This document shows positions 36,263 to 47,499 of a stretch of 64,000 nt of DNA, one piece after another. A program made the translations under genes and the position numbers. How positions within the stretch are numbered: the first letter of the stretch is position 1; each line of letters opens with the position of its first letter. The stretch covers positions 3,224,001-3,288,000 of the forward strand of contig OX337235.1 in NCBI GenBank assembly GCA_946965045.2, in the 5' to 3' direction. The notes beneath the pieces were generated by a model. That model made no database searches. It was not told where the DNA came from and worked only from the letters and a program-made list of their open reading frames with translations. Source of the stretch: Epithemia pelagica. Its lineage: Eukaryota > Protista > Bacillariophyta.

Positions 36263-38427
36263 CTAGTATATATATAGATTCGAGAGAAAAACAGTGAAGT
36301 TGCTTTACGATTGATGATGAGGAAGATCTAGGTAGAGAATGGAGGAGGAAGAGGACTTGTTCTTTTTGTCTCTCTCTTTTTTCCCTTCTTCCATTTGCTG
36401 TTGTGCTGTGCAAAAAAAGAAGAGAAAAGAGGGGGAGCGGTGGCAGCAGCCGCCGTCGAACATCACCAACCTATACTCCCTAGCAAATTTAAAAGAATAT
36501 CTTTTGTTCCTTCTTTCTACTAAAATCCCTGACCGACTCCCTACGCATCCAATGGTACAAACAATATCGCTGGGATGTATACATTTCGGATTCGGGACCG
36601 CTGTGCCCCGCCGAAGGCCGAATGCCGAACGTGGTCCAACTGGCACTGGCGTTGTGTCGCGGATACGTCACATTTACCCACGTCAGTTTCTGAGCTACAA
36701 ATGTTGAAGTTCCTCGGTACGCAGCTGTTGGTAAAGGCCTGTGTGTCGCTGTGTTTGGAACGTGATTGGTCGCGGTTGAGAGCTACGACAATGCGTCTGG
36801 GGAAGTTCCCCCGGCGCGCACAAACATAGTCACAAAGCATCTCGTCTGTCGCCTCTCGGTGGATCAATTCTCACACACCAAGACTACCCTACTACTTCTT
36901 GAGTTGTGTTGATTCTCCGTGTGGGTCCAAGAGCGAGATACAGCAGGAGGGATGCAAGGTGTCCCCCGAAAACGGGTGGTCTTTGGGGTGGTGGCAGCCG
37001 CTACATGTCTCCATGTCACGACCCTCATGATACAGAGAGAGAGAGAGAGAGACCATGGGGCTGTGGAACACGTTCCGTCACACGGGTTGTGCCACTCGTG
37101 ATGATGAACCGAGAGGATTCTTGGTTTGTTCGTTCGGCCGACCACAAGAATTGGCACACCATATATCAGGACTATATACCTAGAATAGAAACAGCCTCCT
37201 CCTCCAGAGGCAGAGGTGGCAGACACTTGGCGTTCCATCACAGCAGCACCACCAAACCAACACGGTCCCCCTAAAGGACCAACATGGATCAATCTCTCGC
37301 TGTCGGTAGACTCCTCAGCCAGGTTGCTGGAATCTCTGCCGACTGGCGTAGTAGTCACTCAATTTCCTCTTGGTCGTCCATCCCAATCGAGTCCAGGACG
37401 AGATGCCAGATTGGATTGGGTTGGTATAATATTCTTGTGATTGACAGAGAGAGGCCGTGGGTGTTGGATTCGACCGTGGATCTTGTGGGGAGAATCTTGG
37501 AATGGTAGCTGTTGCCGTGGCTGGGTTTGTGGCAAGAGTGCGAGCCCCGCAAATACGATAATCGATAGATCTTGAGGAGGAATGAGGATCCATCCATTCG
37601 TGTTCATTTGTGATATCATCGAGTGTATCTTGTTCTTCCAACTGTTGTTCTTCTGGAGGAGCAGCTGGCTGTGGCTCCACACTGGACAGAATCGTTGTGA
37701 CTGCTACTACAAGGGTTTGAACCGAGAGGCAATTTGGGCAAGAGTAAATTCCAAATCGATCGTTCTTGGCAGGCGACTCTCGTGGAACACGGAATGTTGT
37801 CATTAAGGGAGAAAATCGGGCTCAGGAGGACCACGTTCCGTCGTCACTTTTGCCATTCTTGTGTAGATTCGTCCTCAGCCGACCAAAACAATCGTAAGGT
37901 TCGGAGGAACGTTCCATGAGAAAACAGCCTCCTCCTCCAGGCGGCGGCGGCGACGCATTTTGCGCTCCACCAAGCCGAAGAACGACTCGTGGTTGCACGG
38001 TTGGCGAAACTGCACAGACTGTTGATGCGTTTGTGTTGGAGGGTCCCGAGTTCCTCTTTTCTACTGCGTGAACATGGCGACGCCGGTGGTGGCCACCGCT
38101 ATATCGTTGCGAGACAAGGGGGATTGTATCTTCCCCAACCCCACCCCAAGGGCGTGCGACGCGTCACCGACCCTCGGCCTGACGTGACGCGTTGGAAGAA
38201 TGACGAACTGGACGAAATAACGTCACCATTGACGAAATGAGATACACAAGGTAGGAGTACAAGGTACTCCTCTAGACTTATTATGAGTACAGGAGTAAAA
38301 GGGAACAATGGAACTAACGGGTAGACGTGACATGACGCGTTTTTCGTCAATTCAGATGACGAAATGGAATCGTGACGCCGTCACAGTAGCATCCTTGGTA
38401 CTCTCGTTACGGGACTGGGGGATCACG

Positions 38428-39368
38428 GCAGCCGCTGCATGTCTCCATGTCTCGACCTCGATCCTGTCGTCCATGGATCTCCTGTCTCCAACCTTTTGTC
38501 GGGTCATCGCTACAGACAGATGATCCCGCACATGATGTGTCATCGATCCAGTCTTTTCCTCCGGCGCCAGTTCCTTTTACAGTGCATGGTCATTTGCACT
38601 ATGCCAAAACGGGAGGTTCGACAATCAACGGTATGTTGGCGGCCAAATACGAACGCGTCTGTGGGCACAAGGGATATAGCTACGACTTACCAGTTCAACA
38701 AACGAGTCGAACAGGAAATGCAAAGACGGAATGTCAAAACAATTTCCGTACAAGCAGGAGGCAATGATGTCATTTGAAAATCATACACAAAGATGAATCG
38801 AGGACGAGTGCCGCAAGCAGTCATGGATGAAATTGGTTATGAAAATTGCGATTACATTAGCCTGGAAGCAAATTGGACTGTTTGGAATCGAATGGATGGC
38901 ATTTGGAATTTTGAACTTCACGTTCCCTGTCGCGATCCACTCGACCACCTCCTGTCCCAGTGCAACTTCAAAAACAGATCATTTGACTGTCAAGCCGACA
39001 ATGTCAGAAAGGAAATTCAATCCTGTTTTGTCAAACCCGACCGGTTTCATCCCAAGATGGTACGGAAACACCGACCACACTTCAAGAACCATTCGGTCAA
39101 GTGCTTCAATCCGATTCCAGTGGAGCCATATATGGCTTACATGGATGAGCGTCTCCAACACAAGCGCATTCCGGCAACTTATATGCATCGAGGTACCAAT
39201 AAAAAGCGTCACAAGGAAAGAGAATGTTTGTATCATGAAAACAACACTGAGATTGCCAATAAGGTTACGCAATACTTGGTACAAAAGGTTCCGTATTATC
39301 GATGGTGTCATCAATGTTTGAGGGACCCTGACATGAACTTGCTGTTTCATGTTACTACAACGGAATAA
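38428..39368 (+). pseudogene. Sulfotransferase-like pseudogene, copy 2
   Basis: Start codon removed by a ~250-bp deletion; 2-nt deletion near 38686; CGA>TGA near 38775; retains KYERVCGHKGYS and MDEIGYENCDY, which are broken in copy 1. Confidence 0.7.
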
Positions 39369-40548
39369 AGAATGGATATAGCGAAATTGCAGACTACAGA
39401 TGGTGGAAGGAATATATTCCAGTTTGCATGCTCGTCCACGTGTCCACCAGATCCTTGCAAAGAGAGAAAATAATGCCAACTGTTTTGGTATGTCGTGTTC
39501 TATCCTCTGGCAAATAAAATAATAATGAACTACTCCTATTGCACACTTCTAGACAGAGTCGCACACAGGTACCACAGTTCCAAAATGCATTGGCATCCCA
39601 ATCCAATCCTTGGGATGCTAGAGTAGGCGTGTGTACTTGGGATGGTACTGGATGTGCTCCCGGTGCCTTCTTCTCCCGGGGTTTTCTCGTCCCATCAGTG
39701 GCTTGTGTTTTGACAGTTCCAGAACATGATCCTCAGTGCTAGGAGTTGTTGTCAGTGGGTCGTCCATCCAACTTGGTTTCGATTTGTTGGAGACGAGCGA
39801 CGTGAAATTCAAGGTTACTGTGTTGTGACGTTACACCACCACGGAAGGCAAACTAGTGCCTGTGCTTCTCAAGGTAGTAGACCATGAGAGTCTACGGTTC
39901 GAGAACCCAGGCACACAAACACGCACACGAATCCATGAATGCATTCCCCTTGCGACAATCATCACACCACCACAAAACTCACTGGATGTTGCGGCTGCCG
40001 TCGAACCACCACTGTGTAACCTTAGTACGTGTCACCTTCCGTCCTGGAGCAATTTTAAGTCCACCCCGTCACAACAACAACAACAACAACATCAGTAGAT
40101 TTGTTTCCATTGTCCCACAAACTGTGGTCGCTTCACCGTTCTTCTGGAAAGCCTTCTTTCATCAGTCTTGTTGGAAGTCAAAATGGTACACAACAACTTT
40201 GTATTTCCAGAGTAGTATATAGGACCGCCACTTTCTCTTGTTTTTCGAGGACCGTGAGTTTTCCCTCCCCTCGTCGTGCTGGAGCATTTCCGTCCATGCA
40301 GAGAGTCTTGCAGTGTCACATCTTAGCCAAGGCATATTATTATGGTGCTTTCGTACATGTTTGGTGGGTACTGGATCACAACACACCCGTGTCTCATCCC
40401 ATTTCTCTGATCGTGGTCCATGGTTGGTTGGTGTGGCACGTCCTCGGGTCGCCCCCAACTACCATCCACCGCAACCTATTCTACACGAGAGAAATTCCTG
40501 TCGTACTAACGAACTTGAACGCGTCGTTGTGGGAATACTCGCCGCCAA

Positions 40549-41871
40549 TCATTCCTCCGTTTCTGGTTCGGCGAGTGCTTGTTCTTGTTGTTCTTGTTCT
40601 TCCAGTCGTTGAAGGAGGGCCATGGCCAGGTCGGGTTTGTTGCAACACACTTGATCGACGCCCGTGTCCAACAGGGCTTGATAACAGGCGGGGCCCTCCT
40701 CGGATCCCACATCGTTATACTTTTGGGGCAAGTCTTGGACCATGCCGACGGGTCCCCGGAACCAGGCCATGCTGGTCAAATTGGCGGCGGCCAGGGCGGC
40801 GACACGGTGTCGCGTACATTCATGGTAGGGGACATGAACTTGCGTGGCTCCACACGCCCGAGCGGCCGCCACCAAGTCCTTTGGCAGAGGCGACCCAAAC
40901 AAGGCACCCGTCGGATACCGGACCGAATCGGGTCGCAAGGTTCGCAATTCCTGCAATTGGGCATGATCAAAACTACTGTACGTACACCGCGTCGTCATTT
41001 TGTTGTTGTGGTTGTCTTGGTCAAAGGATTCCACCACGTCCAAGACGGGTTGGACCGTCCGCGGTCCCTTGAGTTCAATGGTAATGGTCAAGTTCGGGTA
41101 GGGTTGCAAGGCCACCAGTACATCCTGGAGGAGGGGAATGCGGGCCCGGGCCACCTCTTCCGGGGCCAAGTGGGCAAATTCGGGATAGGTGGGATCCAAT
41201 CGCAAGGCTTGGACTTGGGACCAGTCCAAGTCTTGAATGGTTCGAGTTTTGGCGTCGTTTTTCTCATGGTCGTCGTGGTCCCACAAGACTTGTCCGTAGA
41301 GGGATCCCAAGGGCAGACCGGGACTGTCATTGCCATGAAAGACCACCACGGATCCATCGCGAATCACGTACACGTCCAGTTCGACACCATGACACTGTGT
41401 GACACAGGCGAGAAAGGAGGGAATGGTATTTTCCAAGGCGTAATGCAAGGCGCCTCGATGACCCAAAATGCGAGGCCCTTTGGTAGTAGTACGACGAGGA
41501 GTCGACACTGGAGTTGTCACACCCAAAACGTGACGCAAGGACAAGGACGACGACGCTTCCTTAGGGGAGGAGGAAGATGTCTCGAAGGTTTGGTTTGGTT
41601 CCTCTTGCGCCATGCTTTTGGTACAATGCCTCGCCAAGGAATGGTACTTGTTGTTGTAGTTGTGGTTGTTGTGGTTTCGTTGGATCGACCAAGACCCGAC
41701 CAAGGATGCAGACAGTAAAGGAAGCAGCAGCAGCAGCAGCAGCAGCAATGGATGAACGATCCAAATCCCGAGAAATCTCCTCACCCGTGGTGGTTGTGTC
41801 GTTGTGGAAGCAAGAGTATTATTTTTTGTACGATCGACGACGATAAGTCTAGTAGGGACCACCATTCGCAT
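40549..41871 (-). CDS. GDPD-family phosphodiesterase, copy 3
   Basis: Same motifs; poly-Leu tract two codons longer through (GCA)n slippage. Confidence 0.92.
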   Translation of the reverse strand: MRMVVPTRLIVVDRTKNNTLASTTTQPPRVRRFLGIWIVHPLLLLLLLLLPLLSASLVGSWSIQRNHNNHNYNNKYHSLARHCTKSMAQEEPNQTFETSSSSPKEASSSLSLRHVLGVTTPVSTPRRTTTKGPRILGHRGALHYALENTIPSFLACVTQCHGVELDVYVIRDGSVVVFHGNDSPGLPLGSLYGQVLWDHDDHEKNDAKTRTIQDLDWSQVQALRLDPTYPEFAHLAPEEVARARIPLLQDVLVALQPYPNLTITIELKGPRTVQPVLDVVESFDQDNHNNKMTTRCTYSSFDHAQLQELRTLRPDSVRYPTGALFGSPLPKDLVAAARACGATQVHVPYHECTRHRVAALAAANLTSMAWFRGPVGMVQDLPQKYNDVGSEEGPACYQALLDTGVDQVCCNKPDLAMALLQRLEEQEQQEQALAEPETEE

Positions 41872-42303
41872 GGGCCGCTCGTTCTTCTACTCGTTCCAAC
41901 AGCAACAAGCGCCAACCTGTCTATCGTTGTCGTTTTTTTGTCTCTCGCTGTCTCTTTACACGGTTCTGTCTCTCTTTTTTTTCAACATCCATGCGAATGA
42001 TTTCTGCAGTGCGAATCACGCATGATTCAGCTATGTTGAGATTGGCGAACAGGTGGATCACAGTCCGTGTCATCGCTCATGTACAAATCGCCCATATAGC
42101 GATAGGAAGCCTCTAAACTGGCGATTCCTCCGATCCATCGGAGGGTAGCCATAATCTTCAAAGGAATAAACCAAAGCAAAGGAGTGTATATTTGTGTCCT
42201 TTTGGCTGTCTTGAAAAAAAGCGAAGACTTGCGCACAAGAATGAAGTTTTCAGTATCAAAACTCGCGTGCATTTTGACAACGACGACGACAAAAATGCTT
42301 TTG

Positions 42304-43725
42304 TCATATCAACCTCCATTTTTCCAAAGCATTTCTATAGTTCCATAGGAGACATTTCTCCAATATCTCAGCGGCTGCCAGTGAGTACAAGTCGTCCTGA
42401 GAATTTGACCAGCATTCGTTGAGGTTTTCCACACCAGGAATGGCAGTTACAAGATCCAAGTCGCCGTTGTCTTTTACTTCTGTAATAAGAGTCACACGAT
42501 GATCTTGAGGGTAGAATACGTGAACGTCAGCTCCAGTTATCGTCCAGCGAGCACCTTGGTTCTTGTTCAGTATCGCGTTGTTTCCTAGCTTGGGCAAAAG
42601 TCCCGCGGCAATTCCATTATTGTTAAATTCCAACTCCAATGGAATTCTGAAGCAGGGACAACCATCAATGATACTAATCGTAAACCCGCCCTCAGGTCGT
42701 ACTGGCTTGATGGCAAACGTCTGCACTGTCTTTCGACGCTTACCTCTTCCCCGTCCAGTTCCATCAAAGTTTACATGGACGTCCCTGCTCAAAGCAAGGC
42801 GGTTATATTCGGGTGCATCAAGCCATTTATATTTTCCAGTGCATTGGGCGCTTGGGAAAATATGCGCAGACTCCGGCGCAGCAAGTGCAAAGGAGGAGTC
42901 GGTTTCTATCCGTTGGAATCGAAACGTGGTGTCGGTGGTTGATAGAAGAGTCACGTCAACCGAACCTTCGAATGATCTAGTTTCAACCACCATGTCAATA
43001 GGGGGCGACATCGGATCTGCCTCCCCTGTTCGTGGTTTGTAGTGACTAAGCAAGACTGAGTTTTGAAACGTTCTTGCAAAGGGAGCGATTTCCGTGACCT
43101 TTGGATGGTCAGTCTTGCTCCCCTGATCATCCAAAAGTTCTAGATCCATCTTGTTATGTAGTAAATACATTTCGACGTCACTAACAAATTTGGTAGCCCT
43201 ATCAATTGTCGTGAAAACCACCGAAAACCTGAGGATTGAACGATCCACTTGGGAACTCGCCACAGTTTCGAACGCAGTTTCTGCATCCAATTCTGGTGGA
43301 TACAATCCACCAGGACAAGCCAATTTGAATAGCTGGAAACGGGCACCGCCGTGGCTTATGGGTCGAGATATCGTCCCTGATACTTTTTGAAATCGCTGGT
43401 CTGCCGCATCTGCAATCGCCGCATCTGCCTTCGCGGGTGCCATGGCAATCACGGGACGTGGTGTTCTTTCGCCGGGCAACGGGTCTGTGCTAGGAACTTC
43501 CTCCCATGGCTTCATAAACTTGTCTTCGTAGCCTTCAATCGTCACATCGGTGTCGGGGGGGTACACGGAAAGATTTGCCGCATCACAATGGCTGAGGGAA
43601 TGTGGTAGCTCTGCCTTTACTTCCTTCGTCAAGTCAGCAACATCTTTAGGTGCTGGATTAATGTTAATGGGATGGCCCGCCGGTTTTTCCTTTCCCTCGT
43701 AATATAGCTGAACCCAGACAGACAT
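42304..43725 (-). CDS. CR effector-like gene 4: header A + HNH cassette X
   Basis: Near-identical to gene 1 (I>M in header, E>V in cassette). Confidence 0.8.
   Translation of the reverse strand: MSVWVQLYYEGKEKPAGHPININPAPKDVADLTKEVKAELPHSLSHCDAANLSVYPPDTDVTIEGYEDKFMKPWEEVPSTDPLPGERTPRPVIAMAPAKADAAIADAADQRFQKVSGTISRPISHGGARFQLFKLACPGGLYPPELDAETAFETVASSQVDRSILRFSVVFTTIDRATKFVSDVEMYLLHNKMDLELLDDQGSKTDHPKVTEIAPFARTFQNSVLLSHYKPRTGEADPMSPPIDMVVETRSFEGSVDVTLLSTTDTTFRFQRIETDSSFALAAPESAHIFPSAQCTGKYKWLDAPEYNRLALSRDVHVNFDGTGRGRGKRRKTVQTFAIKPVRPEGGFTISIIDGCPCFRIPLELEFNNNGIAAGLLPKLGNNAILNKNQGARWTITGADVHVFYPQDHRVTLITEVKDNGDLDLVTAIPGVENLNECWSNSQDDLYSLAAAEILEKCLLWNYRNALEKWRLI
43357..43421. repeat. 65-bp hinge J, copy 4
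   Basis: Identical to other copies; context cassette X + header A. Confidence 0.97.
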
Positions 43726-44073
43726 GACGTATACTCGATGCCTACAATACGGCAAAGTTCGAGAGAATTATGGTTGCAACCGCTTTCTTGTGGTCTTTGA
43801 CGACGGCGAACAAGTCGATCGAAGACGACAGGATGGATGGAGGCAGGCAGCAAACTGGCCCGCCCAGATAAACACGCGCGCAGCTCCTCCTAATTTGAGC
43901 CCGCGTTCCGGCTGGAGCGTCCGAGGTTGGCAGTACATATTTCAAAGGCCAACCTCGGACGCTCTCGGCGGGGAAGCACGAGTTGGTACGGACCACCTAA
44001 CGAGCGGATGACGGACAGTTTATGGTGGCAACCAGTCCGAAAAATGGAATTTTTCTGCGCGTGATCGCTGAAA

Positions 44074-44353
44074 GGGGGTATGTTATCGGGCGCGCGGAGC
44101 ATGGGCGGAGCATGGATATGGGGGGAGCAATGCATGCTCCACGATGCATGCTCCGCGCGTCTAAGACTTCGACTGTTCGACGCATTGAGTGTGTGGCGTG
44201 TGGACGCGTGATTTTGCTTCCAACCATGCTCCACCCGCACTCTTCCTCCGCATGTAAATTTTGCGGAGGAAAGCTCTATATCCGGGTTGGTTTGGCCTTT
44301 CTCCGCCCATATCATGCTCCGCACATGCTCCGCGCGCCCGATAATATACCCCC
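44074..44353. mobile_element. MITE family 1 (280 bp, ~55-bp imperfect TIRs)
   Basis: GGGGGTATGTTATCGGGCGCGCGGAGCATG... / ...CATGCTCCGCGCGCCCGATAATATACCCCC; repeated CATGCTCC/GGAGCATG motif; TTA on the right, AAA on the left, so TSD not confirmed. Confidence 0.85.
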
Positions 44354-44369
44354 TTAGCATGCCGGCTTA

Positions 44370-44860
44370 GGCCGTTCCTTGATATTCTGCAAAAACAAAA
44401 GTTGGAGGGTGACACGTCACAAAAAACCCGGAAATATGGCGTCAAATCCGGGTTCGACGCTGTTTCAGCTTTTGAGGCTGCAAAAGTTGGGTCCAACTTT
44501 TGCAGGCCGGCAAAAGCTGAACAGACATTAGGGATAGTGCTTTCTTTTTGCTAGTGTACATTGGGCCTACAGAAACAAAAATGACGGTTTAGGATTTTTT
44601 GAACGGCGCGCGTTCGACTCCAACGGTCCCCCTAACCTCAATGAAGAGGAAGACGGAACGTCCTCCTAATGTCTTACTTTGATAATTGTAGTATTCAAAT
44701 CATCAAAGTGAATATGGGGACTATTGGGGGCCTTGGGGGAAAAAGTGCGGTTATAGGTTTTGGTTTTGTAAATGCCAAAGGACGGCGTGTCGCGCAATTG
44801 TCTACAAAAAGGTGATGTCATGTGTCGATTTTTGTTTTTGCAGAATATCAAGGAACGGCC
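44370..44860. mobile_element. PIF/Harbinger-like MITE family 2 (491 bp)
   Basis: Perfect 31-bp TIRs GGCCGTTCCTTGATATTCTGCAAAAACAAAA; TTA on both sides (44367-44369, 44861-44863); no coding capacity. Confidence 0.9.
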
Positions 44861-45021
44861 TTACCCGACACGTTCATTCTGAACTCAGTCGAACTACCTA
44901 CCTAGAGCATTTAGCATCCCCATTTCAATTTTTCATTTTTCCACAAGATCTTTTCTCTTTTAAGATGTTATTCTCTTGTACTTGATACAGACCATCGTCC
45001 TCTTCGTAATCGCAACGGGTG

Positions 45022-47151
45022 TCAATGTTCGCGAGCAGACAATTCACGCCATTGTTCCGGCAACCACCTTTTACCGGAAACCCCAAAGAAGCTTCGAAGC
45101 TGTGGTCTTGCAAGACAAGTCCATCCGCGCCTCTCTGATGGATTGACAGCAGGATGCCCACGGACAAGATAGGAATTGGGCAACGTGGCAGGTTGATTTG
45201 GAATCTCTTTCCCTTCCTTTAGTTGGTATCCATAGAGATCATATGTGACAACCCCTGACTTTACATCCTTTTGCCACAAACAAACAAAAACATCGTACTC
45301 TGGAAATTTAGCAAACTTCGGGTAGTAAATAGAAACTTTGGGGAAGTTCCCCTCCCAGTGATGGTTCGAACAGATTTCACCCAGTGCCTTCTGCAATTCT
45401 TCAAGATTCTTGACCATCGATATGGTCCGAGTGGCGGGCAATGGATAATTATAAAAGAGACTTGTCGAAATCGTCTTCATTTCGAAACTCACAGTTGGGA
45501 TGCACGAGACATCTCCAAAATTACCAGAAACATATCGCAACCAGAGAACAAGCAAAAACAAAGACTCCCATCCATCACCGCTTTCTTCTTTGCTCGTGCT
45601 CCAACTTTTCGCATCTTGTACGACTTGACTTTGCGATAGTCCGAAACGACCTTGGATTGAATCTGCAAGATTTCCCAACAACTCCATCAAATAGCATGGT
45701 ATCCAATAGCTTTTGCCATTGCCGTTATCCAAAAGTGCGTCAATATTCGTCCCTAGTGGCTCTCCGGAGAAGAAAGATCCCAAGACTCTTTGCAGCAAGT
45801 CGAAGTCCAATGTTGTACCACTACAAGCCCTCTCTGTACGACGGGCGATCTGCGCTTTCTCAGCGAGCCCTTCAACCGTAAGAGTTGTCACCAGCAATGC
45901 CGGAATGAGGCCGTAATAGAGAGCCATTCGCGGCGTGAGATCGGTGATATTTAGATTTTGTCTTGCACCTGATAGATCCTGAATCAGCGGTAAGGTTTTA
46001 ACTTCCATGTCACGAGAGGAAAGGGACGGCAATGCTTTTTCTGGATTTGTTGAGCTCAAATGGGAAGAAAACACATAGTATCTTCCTCGTTGGGTGAGAA
46101 AGTTCTCCTTCAAGAAAAGTACAATGTCTTTGTCCAACTCCACGTTGTTCAACTCGTCAATCAACAATACGACTTGGTTGGTCCCAAGAAAAGAAGACAC
46201 CTCGTCTGCCGTGATGCTGTATTTCTTGAAGGCTTTAAAATCATCACTTATCGCACCTGTCCTTAAACTCGCTGGACGAGCATCAAACGCAATCCGCCGG
46301 CAAAGCATTTCAAGACTCGAGTCTCCTCTCAAAATCTCATAATCGCAATTGGAGAAGTCGTTGAATGAGACAAAGAGAGTTGGAATACACTGTTCGCGAA
46401 GTGCCTTTGCCAACTCGTAGAGTGCCCTCGTCTTCCCTCCCCTGGAGCAGCGAGCCAGGGAAGTGATTGGGACTCGGTACGATCCATCGGCTGCATCCTC
46501 CTTCAGGCACAAATCCGTCACCCTCCCCACGATGTCATCAAGCCATCCTTCTTGGCTTACGAACGGAGGTGTGATCGGTTCAAGATGAGGAATTTCCAAG
46601 AGGTTCATCCACTGTTGAGCCGGAATGCGGATTCTTTTTGGCGGACTTGCCTCTGGCACTGTCCATTGCACGCTTTTAAGTTTTGAGTTAAAATAGTAGG
46701 TCCGCCCCTCGCCGTCTACCATTTCTTGCCATCCTTCTGGAAGGGGCGGTGAATCTGCCGGTTGAGCTGGAATGCGGATTCTTTTTGGCGGATTAGCCTC
46801 AGGCACTGTCCATTGCACGCTTTTAAGTTTTGAGTCTGCAATCGCCGCATCTGCCTTCGCGGGTGCCATGGCAATCACGGGACGTGGTGTTCTTTCGCCG
46901 GGCAACGGGTCTGTGCTAGGAACTTCCTCCCATGGCTTCATAAACTTGTCTTCGTAGCCTTCAATCGTCACATCGGTGTCGGGGGGGTACACGGAAAGAT
47001 TTGCCGCATCACAATGGCTGAGGGAATGTGGTAGCTCTGCCTTTACTTCCTTCGTCAAGTCAGCAACATCTTTAGGTGCTGGATTAATGTTAATGGGATG
47101 GCCCGCCGGTTTTTCCTTTCCCTCGTAATATAGCTGAACCCAGACAGACAT
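45022..47151 (-). CDS. CR effector-like gene 5: header A + WW domain + NTPase + REase cassette Z
   Basis: Header A identical to gene 4; LPEGWQEMVDGEGRTYYFNSKLKSVQWTVP is a WW domain; P-loop-like ARCSRGGKT, Walker B LLIDE, YGLIP; REase-like SGDGWESL..FPEYDVFV..YGYQLKEG. Confidence 0.82.
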   Translation of the reverse strand: MSVWVQLYYEGKEKPAGHPININPAPKDVADLTKEVKAELPHSLSHCDAANLSVYPPDTDVTIEGYEDKFMKPWEEVPSTDPLPGERTPRPVIAMAPAKADAAIADSKLKSVQWTVPEANPPKRIRIPAQPADSPPLPEGWQEMVDGEGRTYYFNSKLKSVQWTVPEASPPKRIRIPAQQWMNLLEIPHLEPITPPFVSQEGWLDDIVGRVTDLCLKEDAADGSYRVPITSLARCSRGGKTRALYELAKALREQCIPTLFVSFNDFSNCDYEILRGDSSLEMLCRRIAFDARPASLRTGAISDDFKAFKKYSITADEVSSFLGTNQVVLLIDELNNVELDKDIVLFLKENFLTQRGRYYVFSSHLSSTNPEKALPSLSSRDMEVKTLPLIQDLSGARQNLNITDLTPRMALYYGLIPALLVTTLTVEGLAEKAQIARRTERACSGTTLDFDLLQRVLGSFFSGEPLGTNIDALLDNGNGKSYWIPCYLMELLGNLADSIQGRFGLSQSQVVQDAKSWSTSKEESGDGWESLFLLVLWLRYVSGNFGDVSCIPTVSFEMKTISTSLFYNYPLPATRTISMVKNLEELQKALGEICSNHHWEGNFPKVSIYYPKFAKFPEYDVFVCLWQKDVKSGVVTYDLYGYQLKEGKEIPNQPATLPNSYLVRGHPAVNPSERRGWTCLARPQLRSFFGVSGKRWLPEQWRELSAREH
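46614..46835 (-). repeat. 147-bp-period repeat (1.5 WW units) in gene 5
   Basis: 46614-46688 and 46761-46835 both encode SKLKSVQWTVPEAxPPKRIRIPAQ. Confidence 0.9.
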
Positions 47152-47499
47152 GACGTATACTCGATGCCTACAATACGGCAAAGTTCGAGAGAATTATGGT
47201 TGCAACCGCTTTCTTGTGGTCTTTGACGACGGCGAACAAGTCGATCGAAGACGACAGGATGGATGGAGGCAGGCAGCAAACTGGCCCGCCCAGATAAACA
47301 CGCGCGCAGCTCCTCCTAATTTGAGCCCGCGTTCCGGCTGGAGCGTCCGAGGTTGGCAGTACATATTTCAAAGGCCAACCTCGGACGCTCTCGGCGGGGA
47401 AGCACGAGTTGGTACGGACCACCTAACGAGCGGATGACGGACAGTTTATGGTGGCAACCAGTCCGAAAAATGGAATTTTTCTGCGCGTGATCGCTGAAA

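Larger units (their letters stand above)
27713..43356. repeat. Tandem segmental duplication unit 2 (~15.6 kb)
   Basis: Collinear with 11874-27712; differs by a ~250-bp deletion near 38428, small indels and a divergent header B'. Confidence 0.95.

Noticed and set aside
3859-43421. Hinge J as a CRISPR-like or terminal repeat array
   Set aside because: Copies are 8-16 kb apart, lie inside coding sequence and have no spacers or cas genes.
44071-44356. TTA target-site duplication for MITE family 1
   Set aside because: Left flank is AAA, not TTA, so superfamily is left unassigned; the left end may be a rearrangement breakpoint.
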